64,000 nucleotides of DNA from a virus (Duplodnaviria; Caudoviricetes): positions 1 to 64,000 of IMG/VR virus record IMGVR_UViG_3300006153_000012; one strand, 5' to 3'. The translations under genes and the position numbers were made by a program. The notes under the pieces are model-generated. The model was not told the origin of the DNA. It searched no databases and was given only the letters and a program-made list of their open reading frames with translations. Shown here piece by piece: positions 19,904 to 29,915 of this stretch. Position 1 is the stretch's first letter. Each line of letters opens with the position of its first letter.

Positions 19904-20108
19904 TAGTATTCCCCAATCATCAGCATTATAATATCCCATTATATACCAATAATTGACATAATACTACAAGAACATACATTCTAAAACCTTTATTATTATT
20001 ATTATATCTAAAACCAGTCTTTCCTCGGTCTTAACGTTCCCATACGCCTTTAACCGATATAGTTACTTTTCATTATGCTGCATTACTGCAGCAGATGGCA
20101 TGTAATCC

Positions 20109-23084
20109 ACCATCAAGGTACTGATGCTCATACTTCTCATATTCCTTCAGGTATTTCTCTTTGTCGCGGAAATACTTGAGATAGAGCCTGCGGAGTGCAT
20201 CCAGATATTGTTTTTCCGTGATTTTCCCACGGTCTTTCAGATCATCAAGGTCTTTTAGTTCCTTCTCGAATGACTCTAAATATGCATCTGCTGCTTCCTT
20301 GCCGGCTTTCCCTGCTGACTTTTTACCACCTCCGGCATTGGAGAAATCAACTTTAGGCTCATAATTGATCTTGCCTGCTGATTCTTTGATAAGCGCCTGT
20401 AACATTGCCGCCCGTGCAATCTTGAATCCTATGTCCAAAGGATCAATTGTGCCGCTTGCGACCTCCTGATAAATCTGCTCCAATTCAGTCAGATATTTAA
20501 TCACTTCACCCGTATAACCTGCATTCTCCGCAAGGGTTCTCAGGTTCGCAACCTCGCCATCTGTGTTCATAATCTGCATGTTGTACAGTTCCTTCTGGAA
20601 CGTGAGCATCGCAATCGCCTGTGACGCATTTTCAGTAGACACCATCTCATTTGCAAATGCGGCAATCTGTTCTTCTGTGGCTCTTGCAAGGTCAATCCCG
20701 GCTTCCTTCAATGCTTCCTTCAATGCCTCCGTGTTGCTTATCAAGGCTTCAAACGCCACCAATTCCTCATTGACAACACCCAAGTCTTCCAGTGCGGCTT
20801 TCAGTGTTTCAAAGTCCTCCGCGCCTGATAACGCCGCCTGTGTGATGGAAGCAGCAAGGGAGTCAAATGCAGTCTCTACATCCTGCTCCGTTGACTCAGA
20901 ATTGCGCAATACCCTGACAAAATCCTCATAGGAAGAGTAGTCTACATCAAGATTTAATCCTTCTGGGTCAGACATCTCGTCTAGTTTAGACTTAATTGCG
21001 TCACATGTTGATAGGATGTCTATGCTGTTTAGTGCGAACTCATCATCCGTGAAGATGGACTGGTATGCGGATTTCAGGGAATCGAATGCGGGTTTCAGCT
21101 GGGTGTTTAGCTGATCGATGGTGGAAGAGATGGATGAAATGGGGTTTTCAATGTTCGATGTTGAATCTTGAACTTCTTTAATCTTAGCAACAAGTTCATC
21201 CCAAGATAGAAGAGTACCCTCTGGAACTTCTACCTGTTCTGCCGCAATGTGCAGTTCTTCAAGTGTTAATTCTCCAACTTTGTCATCAAAATCATCTTGG
21301 AGTTTTTCTTTTACGTTGTTGATTAGTGGTTGGGTATCGTCTACTTTTGCTTGTAAATTAACAGAAATTGGGTGTTCTGAACCAAAATACTCTTGAACTT
21401 TAGCAATAGCTTCTAATAATTCACCAGAATTTAAACTCCCAGAATATATATTAGCTAAAGCTTCTGATACTTCTGAATCATTAATATTATTGATTGAGAA
21501 TAAGATATTACGTCTTAAATATTCACTAACAGCTTCCCAATCATTTTTATCAATGCCTTCTGGTAAACTTGACCAATCAAAATTGAAAAGTGTGTCTTGT
21601 ATTGCTTTTTGTAATCCACTATCTTCAATCTGATTGTAAGTAAACTCAGTCTGTAACCATGTATTTAAATATTGATTAATAGACGATGTTTCAGCTTCAA
21701 ACTGTTGCTCTGCATATTTTACATCGTCAGATGCCTTGTTAAATGCAGATACATAAGCATCTTTTATACCAGAAAGATTTGGTATATCACCACCATCTTC
21801 TAATTCCAGTTTATAACCAATGATTTGACCCATGCCATCTTTTAAATTTACTTGTTTTGCTGTTATACCTAATTTTTCAAGTAACTCTATATATTGACCA
21901 AGTTTTAATGCAACTGGATCTCCATTTGCATCTTTAGCATTTCCATTAATATCAAAAGCAGTATAAATCCCATATTTATTTATTTCTTCATATGCTCTTT
22001 GGATTTCATCTCTTGTCTTTTTAGCATCTTCTTTTTGTTTCTCTAAATCAGAAACATTATTAGAATAACCAGCAAATAAGTCTGGCATCTGTTTCATGAT
22101 TTCTTGATTTGCCAATACACGTTGTCTTTCAATTAAATCATCTAATGAACCAACGATAGTATCTACATCACCAGATAGATCAAGTATAGCAACACCATTT
22201 TCATCAAAATTCTTTGTTAATGAAGGATAAAGTGTTGATAACTGATTGCTTAACTCTAAAAATCTCTCATATTTTTCAGTAGAAAGATTTTTATTTTCAT
22301 TAGTTAGTAAATTAACTCCTTGGGCAAGTTCAGCATATTCTTTGGCAATTTCTTTAGTTTTTGATGAATTTTCACTAAATGTATAGTTTATTTCATCAAT
22401 TGCATTTTTGGCTTCTTCATAAGCTTCTTTTATTGCCTTAGCCGCTTTTTCTTGTTTAACCTTGTTTACTAACGCCGCACCACCACATAATGTTAATGCT
22501 GCTGTAATACTAGCAATAACAGGATGAGCCTGTGCAATAGTTAAAATACCAGTACCCAGTCCTTTTAGTGCAGTACCAGCACCTTTAATTTTAGCACCTA
22601 TACCTGCAAGTAAAGAAGCAGACTCTTTTTGGTTTGCTAGAGTAACACCAGCTTTTGCAGCAATTAAATTAGCTTCTGCCTGTGTTAATTTACCAGTAGC
22701 AACAAGTTCCTTTAATTTTGCGGCTGTCACAACATTGGTAGCCGTAGCCTCTGCCGTTTCAGAAGTGATAAGTCCAGTATTAATCAACAACGCTTCTGAT
22801 TGATCTTTATTTCTCTTTTTTGTTACGAGTATAGCATTAAGTTCAGCAGTAGTTAATTTGCCAGTAGAACCTAATAATTCTGCCTGTGATAAAATTGCCT
22901 GTTTCTGTGCAAGATTAAGTCCTTGTGTTGATAATACCAATTCTGCTTGCTTTGCGTTTAATCCTTTTAAAGCTGTTGCATATGCAGTTATATTTGTAGC
23001 ATTTAATTTCAAATTGCTGAGTTCGTTTATTTTTCTTCCAGCAATATAAACATCTTCCAAACTTTGTCTAATTGTTTTGAATAT
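20109..23084 (-). CDS. Tape measure protein, exon 2 (992 aa)
   Basis: Long helical Ala/Leu-rich ORF; no SD before its ATG at 23087; joins both neighbours in frame. Confidence 0.85.
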
Positions 23085-23165
23085 CATACTAATATATGTT
23101 ATACTTGTGGAGAGTATAACGTCCTCTTGTGGAGAGAGGATATTGATTCCCTTGTGGAGAGGGAA
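23071..23165 (-). repeat. 3' splice-site module copy 1 (restores TMP frame) with three CUCCACA-loop hairpins
   Basis: AGTATG|ATATTCAAAACAAT; loops at 23106, 23128 and 23153. Confidence 0.85.
23077..23105 (+). promoter_or_regulatory. Sigma-A-type promoter overlapping the splice-site module
   Basis: TTGAAT-N17-TATACT with extended TG. Confidence 0.65.
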
Positions 23166-23189
23166 ATTTATAATAGGAGATGTTTATTT

Positions 23190-23861
23190 ATGAAAAGAAA
23201 AATAATAAAAGTAACAATTTTGATTTTAATGTCTATTTCTATAACTGGATGCTCCAAGGCTAATTATCAAAAGGATGAATCATATGAAACAGATATTATT
23301 GGAACATATGAAATAAATGCCGAAGCTGATTCTGATAATAAAACTACTTATTACAAACAATATGTGTTAAATGACGATAATACATATAATTATGAAAGCA
23401 ATGTATTTGGCACAGATTCAAAGTCAAGCGGTAATTACACTATAAATAATGAAACAGAAAATATTCTCATAATTGATTTTGATATTATAAATAGTACATC
23501 TACCGATGAAGAATCAGTAAATATTAATTCTGCTAAACAATACAAAAAGGTTTATAAATATAAAAATATGCTTGGTGATATAATAGAAACGAAAGAGTTG
23601 CCAACATCCGAAATGTTTAATTACATAATACCGAATAAAACAGGAGGTGGCATGATATTTACTAAGGATGGTTATTATCATGCGTGTATTGATATTGATA
23701 ATTGCCAATGTGACTATGCAAAGGACACAAAATATATAAGAAAAGATAATATTATATATTTCAATATTAAAGGTTCTGGTACTGATAACTATTGGCAAAT
23801 TGCAGATTATGTAATCGATGATTATTTATTTACTCCAGAACTATATAAAGTGGAAGAGTAG
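23190..23861 (+). CDS. Lipoprotein (intron cargo)
   Basis: MKRKIIKVTILILMSISITGC signal peptide and lipobox; SD AGGAG. Confidence 0.8.
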   Translation: MKRKIIKVTILILMSISITGCSKANYQKDESYETDIIGTYEINAEADSDNKTTYYKQYVLNDDNTYNYESNVFGTDSKSSGNYTINNETENILIIDFDIINSTSTDEESVNINSAKQYKKVYKYKNMLGDIIETKELPTSEMFNYIIPNKTGGGMIFTKDGYYHACIDIDNCQCDYAKDTKYIRKDNIIYFNIKGSGTDNYWQIADYVIDDYLFTPELYKVEE

Positions 23862-24057
23862 TAGTATCATTTCATTCAATCATATAAATCACGTCCTTTC
23901 TAAATATTTTTATGAGTAAGATTACTCAATAGATATCACAATATCAATTATAATATCTATTCAATGATCTTGGCTTTGATGAAAATATGTTCTGGGTATC
24001 AAAAATATATAACTAATGATACAATAAATGTATCAATGTTTAGGAGGATATCATGCT

Positions 24058-25506
24058 ATGGCACGAAAGAAGAAAATTCTTAGTCCTACATATACAGAGT
24101 TAATTGTACCAACATATGATGCATTAAAGCAATTAGGAAATTCAGCTACTAATGAAGAGATTTATAATAAAATTATTGAAAATTTAAATTTGCCAGATGA
24201 TGTAATTCACGAACCGCATGGGAAAAATTTAGGCAGAGGTGAATTAGAATATCAACTTGCATGGGCAAGAACTTATTTAAAAAATTATGGTGTTATAAAA
24301 AGTATTAAAAGAGGTACATGGGAGATAGAACCATCTTTTATTGGAAATGTCCAATTAAATTATAGAGAAGTGATTGACTATACAGCGAATAAAAAGCAAC
24401 AATTAGATAATAATGTAGAAAATAATAGTGAAAATTTTCAAAATGAGGACGTTGATGATCTAACAGAGGATAACAAATATATTTCTGATGTTGAACAACC
24501 CGAAAATGCAAATTTATATATAAAAAGCCTGATTGACTCGTGGGAAACTAAAGATTTAAAAATACCTTTCTTTCAAAGAAAGTTTGTTTGGACTTTACGT
24601 CAAGCAAGTTTGTTTATTGAATCATTATTGTCTAATTTACCAATTCCAGCCCTTATGTTTTATAAAGATGCTGATGACTTTCAATATATAATAGATGGAC
24701 AACAACGAACAAAAAGTATTCTTTATTTTACAGGTGCAATAAAACTAGATGAAGTTGATGATGATAATAAAAAGTTTCTAAATTTTAGATTAATCGGATT
24801 ATCAGATGATAGTCCATATAAAAATAAAACATTTGCTGGACTTGATCCTTCTATAAGAAGAAAATTATTAAACCGCACATTGCCAATAACAACAGTCAAG
24901 GTAAATGATGATAGTGATTTGCCTAAAATCTTTGAAATTTTTCGTAGACTTAATACAGGAGGTACTCCTTTAACTAAGCAAGAAATACGAAATTGTATTT
25001 GTGCAGGTAATTTTAATGAATTTCTTATTGATTTAAATAAAAACAAAGAATGGCAATCATTTATTACCAGCGAGAACGATAGAAAAAGACAACGTGATGT
25101 TGAACTAATATTACGATTCTTTGCTTTATATGAAACATACAAACAATATAAAAGACCAATGGATGAATTTTTAACTTTGTATTTTGATGCACACAGAGAG
25201 ATTGGTGATATTGAAAAAGAAGAAAAGACTGCTCTTTTTAATGCTGTTGTTTCAGCTATATACAATAATTTAGGGAGAAGGCCCTTTCATATAAAAAATG
25301 GTTTAAATTCTGGTGTATGCGATTCTGTCATGGTTGCTTTTGCAAATAATATAAATAATATTCCGCTGGATATAAAAGATCGATTCTTTGCATTGACACA
25401 TAACGATGAATTTTATAAATATTGTGGCAAAAATATTAACGACAATGAATCTGTACAATGTAGGATACAAATTGCAACAGATTATCTTTTTGGTGATTCA
25501 GAATAA
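24058..25506 (+). CDS. Mrr N-terminal wHTH fused to DUF262 (GmrS/ParB-like) domain
   Basis: PTYTELIVP...LEYQLAWARTYLK...RGTWEI; IPFFQRKFVW, IIDGQQR, IFRRLNTGGTPL. Confidence 0.8.
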   Translation: MARKKKILSPTYTELIVPTYDALKQLGNSATNEEIYNKIIENLNLPDDVIHEPHGKNLGRGELEYQLAWARTYLKNYGVIKSIKRGTWEIEPSFIGNVQLNYREVIDYTANKKQQLDNNVENNSENFQNEDVDDLTEDNKYISDVEQPENANLYIKSLIDSWETKDLKIPFFQRKFVWTLRQASLFIESLLSNLPIPALMFYKDADDFQYIIDGQQRTKSILYFTGAIKLDEVDDDNKKFLNFRLIGLSDDSPYKNKTFAGLDPSIRRKLLNRTLPITTVKVNDDSDLPKIFEIFRRLNTGGTPLTKQEIRNCICAGNFNEFLIDLNKNKEWQSFITSENDRKRQRDVELILRFFALYETYKQYKRPMDEFLTLYFDAHREIGDIEKEEKTALFNAVVSAIYNNLGRRPFHIKNGLNSGVCDSVMVAFANNINNIPLDIKDRFFALTHNDEFYKYCGKNINDNESVQCRIQIATDYLFGDSE

Positions 25507-25576
25507 ATTATTAAAGGCTCATCTATTCAGATGGGTCTTTTTTTAATACTCAAAACATTTAGTTAAATCATTTGTT

Positions 25577-25693
25577 ATTGTTTTGAATATCATACTAATT
25601 TGTGCTATACTTGTGGAGAGCATAACGTCCTCTTGTGGAGAGTAGTGTTTTGCGTCATGTGGAGTGACGCTGTATCTAATTGTGGAGATTAGA
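25577..25693 (-). repeat. 3' splice-site module copy 2 with four CUCCACA-loop hairpins
   Basis: AGTATG|ATATTCAAAACAAT at 25591/25590; loops at 25612, 25634, 25658 and 25681. Confidence 0.85.
25583..25611 (+). promoter_or_regulatory. Sigma-A-type promoter overlapping module copy 2
   Basis: TTGAAT-N17-TATACT. Confidence 0.6.
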
Positions 25694-25756
25694 CATTGTG
25701 TTTTGTGGATATATTTGGTATAATTTTACTAAAAATATATAATCAAGGGGATACAT

Positions 25757-26419
25757 ATGATTTTCAAAAAGACATTACAAATTGTTTTGGTGTTCTTATT
25801 AAGTATATTATTATGCTCATGTTCTTCTAATAATAATTTAAATGATGATTTTATCAGTTTTCATGAACAACAATTAGACCAAAAAGTTTATAAAACATCT
25901 CAGGATCAAAATTTTGTAATTAGCAATTTAGACAAGGAAAAAGTTCCTGAACATTCAAAAGTTGTTTTAATGGTATTTCTTGGGAATGAAACCAAATACC
26001 AGGACGAAGTATATAAATGGTTACAATTATCAATAGATGAAAGAAAAGCTGATTTAAGGGAATGTGCAGAGTTAGTGATTAAATATGCTCAAGATAATAA
26101 CTGGAAAAATGATTATTATCTTTATGTCAATTTGACAGATATTTATGGTGTTTGTAGTATAATATATGATTATGAAAAAGATGAAATTTGGATACCAAAT
26201 TGCGAAAATACTTTTATTGAAATGTATGAAAAATTTAATACATTCTACGAAAAAGATTTAGAAGAAACACAAGATGGAATTGATTTTCTTGTAGATAATA
26301 ATTTAGCATACATCAAACATAATCAAGTGGAATATAGAAATATTTTTAGCTATACAGTATATATAGATAACGAAGGAAATTTTAAAAGTTATGGCGAAGA
26401 TAATTCAATAAAATATTAA
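25757..26419 (+). CDS. Lipoprotein (intron cargo)
   Basis: Signal peptide ending LLCSC; SD AGGGG. Confidence 0.8.
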   Translation: MIFKKTLQIVLVFLLSILLCSCSSNNNLNDDFISFHEQQLDQKVYKTSQDQNFVISNLDKEKVPEHSKVVLMVFLGNETKYQDEVYKWLQLSIDERKADLRECAELVIKYAQDNNWKNDYYLYVNLTDIYGVCSIIYDYEKDEIWIPNCENTFIEMYEKFNTFYEKDLEETQDGIDFLVDNNLAYIKHNQVEYRNIFSYTVYIDNEGNFKSYGEDNSIKY

Positions 26420-26752
26420 ACAATCATAAAAATCACATCCTTTCAATTTTTTAGAGCGATAAGACTACTCTATGAATTGCACTAGAGATTAATTCAGTTT
26501 ATACGGTAGTCTTATTTGGTTATTAAATTGACTAAGTGGTAAGATGTTATATATTGCTTTATAATATATGGTAGAAAATAGAATGAATCAAAACTTGATT
26601 GAATATTTATTGATTATTAAGGAGTGGCATTGTAATAAGTGCAGTTCGGATTTTTAGGTAATTAATATTACATCCTTTCTATGAATAGAAGGGTAGAGAA
26701 TATGAAAAACAGGATACTTGATACAATATCCTGTTTAATAGAAGTTATTTAA

Positions 26753-27394
26753 TTAATTATTTTTACTATTTAAAGAATTTATAATCTGTTTCATCATTAA
26801 ATATTGCTTATTTTTTTCACATAAATTCCAAATGAATTGATATTTTTCTCTGCCAAATTGAAATCTTAGATCCAAGTCATATATAGCTGTATCTAAATCA
26901 TTAAAATCAATTATCATACATTGTAAAAATGTATTTATTGTTTTTTCTACGATTTTAATTTTTTCTCTATCCCATTCCTTATATTCTTTAATAATATTAT
27001 TATACAATATATGACGATTAAACGTATATTCTATTAAGTCATAAAATTTATCAATATTCATTTCTCGTAAAAAAACAGTTTGCACTTCAATAATTTTTAT
27101 ATTATTAAAACTTTTTAATATATTTTTCCAAAAAGTGATTTCGTTATCAGAAGTTATTTCATCTAATTCATCAATAAAATTTTCTAAATTTACTGATGTA
27201 TATATTTTTTTAAATGCGTATAAAAAATCATAAAATAAATCTAATGTTTTATAATCTAACATAATTTTCTCATTCTCAATTATATCATTGAAATTGTGAG
27301 ACACATTCTTTAAGAGAAATAACTTATCAATAACATCGTCAACTTTATCCTTTTGGGCATCTGATGTTATATATTTTAATAATTTGTTTTCCAT
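26753..27394 (-). CDS. Hypothetical helical protein (gene 3 of nitrilase operon)
   Basis: 213 aa, overlaps the upstream gene, very AT-rich. Confidence 0.7.
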   Translation of the reverse strand: MENKLLKYITSDAQKDKVDDVIDKLFLLKNVSHNFNDIIENEKIMLDYKTLDLFYDFLYAFKKIYTSVNLENFIDELDEITSDNEITFWKNILKSFNNIKIIEVQTVFLREMNIDKFYDLIEYTFNRHILYNNIIKEYKEWDREKIKIVEKTINTFLQCMIIDFNDLDTAIYDLDLRFQFGREKYQFIWNLCEKNKQYLMMKQIINSLNSKNN

Positions 27395-28230
27395 GGTTTA
27401 CCTCCAATCCAATTACTGTCATCTGAGAAATGTGCAATATTTTGATAGTAACTTTTTTCTTTATCTAGCAAATATGTCAATTTATTCAAATTATAATTTG
27501 CACTCGCAGAATTTAAATGAGGCTTTTTAAGTTTATGATTATCTTGATTGGATTTACTTAATATATATTCAATTAAATATTCTAAAACTTCATTTACTTT
27601 TCCTTCATTGTAATTTAAAGTCAGGTCATCAAAGTCAATATTCTTAATCATGAAAAATGCATAAAGGTTTTTACCTTTAGGAGATAAAGAATATAATACA
27701 GTGTCATTTACTTGACGTGTCATAACTAAATCATAAATATGTGACGATGGAGCAAAGAAATCTACATTAGAATCAAAAAGTTCCTTTAATTCTGAATTTG
27801 AAGCTTCAGTATGGTCATAAAGGTATTTATAAAAATTTAGTTTAGACGGATTGCTAAAGTATTTTTTACATTCATTTACTTTGATAATATAATTTTCATT
27901 AATATCCAATACTCTAATAACTAATTTAAAAAAGTGTAATATATTGTATTGCTTTAATGCAGACATCAAATTTGGTATTTCTGATTCTCTACAAAAGGAT
28001 ATAATTATGTTATATTGTCTTCTGGATTCATTTGAAATATCCTTTTTTAATTGTTTAATTTTCTCAAGTTCTTCATAATTTCCAGCATCATTCTTTATGT
28101 TATTTATAAGAGAAGATAAAATATTTTCATAAGTAGATTCTATATGCATATCGAAATTAGAATCATTAAAATTAGAAATATTATTCTCACTGTTTTTTAT
28201 ATAGCCTAATAATTCATCAATTTGATTCAT
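27376..28230 (-). CDS. Hypothetical protein with possible winged-helix (gene 2 of nitrilase operon)
   Basis: LYDHTEASNSELKELF...VLYSLSPKGKNLY resembles a wHTH. Confidence 0.65.
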   Translation of the reverse strand: MNQIDELLGYIKNSENNISNFNDSNFDMHIESTYENILSSLINNIKNDAGNYEELEKIKQLKKDISNESRRQYNIIISFCRESEIPNLMSALKQYNILHFFKLVIRVLDINENYIIKVNECKKYFSNPSKLNFYKYLYDHTEASNSELKELFDSNVDFFAPSSHIYDLVMTRQVNDTVLYSLSPKGKNLYAFFMIKNIDFDDLTLNYNEGKVNEVLEYLIEYILSKSNQDNHKLKKPHLNSASANYNLNKLTYLLDKEKSYYQNIAHFSDDSNWIGGKPWKTNY

Positions 28231-28231
28231 A

Positions 28232-29779
28232 TCAACACCTCTTCATTTCATAAACATTTAAACTAACAATATTATTTTCAAAAAACAATTCTTCTAAATC
28301 AATATTAAAAATTCTGCCATTGCAAAAAGAATCACAATTTCTACATTCTTCATTAAATGTATAAAAAATTTTCCTATGGGAACGAGTTGTATTATCTTTT
28401 GAGGGTGTAATAATAAAACCAATTTTATTTTTATTTTCTATCTTTTCATTTAATGAATCTATATTTTCTTCTAAATGTTTTAAAGAAGAACATGTATTGC
28501 ACATAATAGTAGTGCAATGATATCGTTCTGAAAGGGTAGCAGCATTATTAGTAAGATCGTTTGAAGGGTTACATGCTGGCAATATTATAAAGTCACCTTG
28601 TAATATTCTTGTAAGATTCATATAGCAATCATCATCAATATCTTTGCATATATAAGTTAATATTCTTCCAAAATTATTAATATCTATTACATGTATATTG
28701 CAATCATGAATTAAGTGTTCACTAAAAATTATTTTTTCCTTAAAATCATGCGAAAAAAGAAAACTATCTAGCAAACATTTCTGTTCGACATTTGAACAGT
28801 TTTTTATAATTGTTTTAAAGTCATCTTCGGAATATTTTAAATCAAAAGGTATTTTCTTATAATATTGAAAAATTTCCATGCTTTCATAAAATACATGGCA
28901 TATATTATTTCTATTCTCCCAAACACTTCCACAAAAAACAAATTTAATGTCTTGTTCATGTAATTTAGAAATAATCGAATTAATTATCTTTTCTGTCATA
29001 AGCATTTCTGGAAATATAAGGAAGTCTATATTATCCGATAAATTTTCAATAAACTGATTACATCTTTCAATAATTTTCCCTTCAATATTATCTTTCATAT
29101 TGTTTATATTAAATTTCATATTTTCAGTATATGTAATGTTAAAAATGTCATGCAAATTAGTATTCAAAATCGGGCATATAGCAATTCTTAGTTCTTTCTT
29201 ATTGTAAATGCGATTTATAAAATCTTCATATTCAATTAACTCATGAATTGTTATATTATAATCATCATCAAAAATTATATAACTTTTCAATTTACTATTA
29301 ACCGATAAACTATCATATTTTTTTCTTTCTCTTAAATAATTATTTTTATATTCTTCTTTATATATACTGTTGAAATCTTCTCGATAATTAGATAATAAAA
29401 CGGGATAAATTTTTATCTTTTTATTATATATTTCGTTAAGGCTTTTATATGTTTTAAATTGATCATCTAAATAAGTTGAATTTCTATAATTATAAATTTC
29501 ACATGAATCAATTGATATCAATAAACAATAATATTCTGTAGTGGATAAAGGTTTATAATTTAATGATATTAATATTGCCTGTTTTAAATATTTAAACGCA
29601 TAACAAGGACTGAATTGTTTATCTTCTAAATATTTATTTAAAATTTTATTGAAAATGTCCATGGTAGATTTGTCGTATACATTATTTATATCAAAATTTT
29701 TATCCTCAATTATATGTGCATAGCATATTGCCATGATATCATATATGTTTCTTGCAGACTCAAGTTCTTTGGTAAACAT
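28232..29779 (-). CDS. Protein with C-terminal carbon-nitrogen hydrolase (nitrilase) domain
   Basis: FLIFPEML (E), YYKKIP (K), TYICKD (C) triad; likely start MFTKE after GGGGG. Confidence 0.7.
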   Translation of the reverse strand: MFTKELESARNIYDIMAICYAHIIEDKNFDINNVYDKSTMDIFNKILNKYLEDKQFSPCYAFKYLKQAILISLNYKPLSTTEYYCLLISIDSCEIYNYRNSTYLDDQFKTYKSLNEIYNKKIKIYPVLLSNYREDFNSIYKEEYKNNYLRERKKYDSLSVNSKLKSYIIFDDDYNITIHELIEYEDFINRIYNKKELRIAICPILNTNLHDIFNITYTENMKFNINNMKDNIEGKIIERCNQFIENLSDNIDFLIFPEMLMTEKIINSIISKLHEQDIKFVFCGSVWENRNNICHVFYESMEIFQYYKKIPFDLKYSEDDFKTIIKNCSNVEQKCLLDSFLFSHDFKEKIIFSEHLIHDCNIHVIDINNFGRILTYICKDIDDDCYMNLTRILQGDFIILPACNPSNDLTNNAATLSERYHCTTIMCNTCSSLKHLEENIDSLNEKIENKNKIGFIITPSKDNTTRSHRKIFYTFNEECRNCDSFCNGRIFNIDLEELFFENNIVSLNVYEMKRC

Positions 29780-29903
29780 AATATCCCCCTTCATTCTATA
29801 TTTATCTATTAAAATTATAATATACAAATTCAATTATTGGAAGAAACATATGTTTGAATATGGTAAAATTTGGAATTTAATTGCAACTATGCACACTTTG
29901 ATA

Positions 29904-29915
29904 GAACTTATGTTC
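29904..29915. promoter_or_regulatory. LexA (SOS) box
   Basis: Perfect GAAC-TTAT-GTTC between divergent genes; second variant AAACATATGTTT at 29844. Confidence 0.65.

Larger units (their letters stand above)
18758..20108 (-). mobile_element. Group I intron in TMP carrying a PemK/MazF-like gene
   Basis: P1 GAUGGU/GCCAUC with U.G at the 5' splice site; P10 GGAUUACAU/AUGAAAUCC; AUCGG...CCGAG (P4); GUAGAGACU and AAGAUCCAGUCC (P7); in-frame join YLDG|MKSL. Confidence 0.9.
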
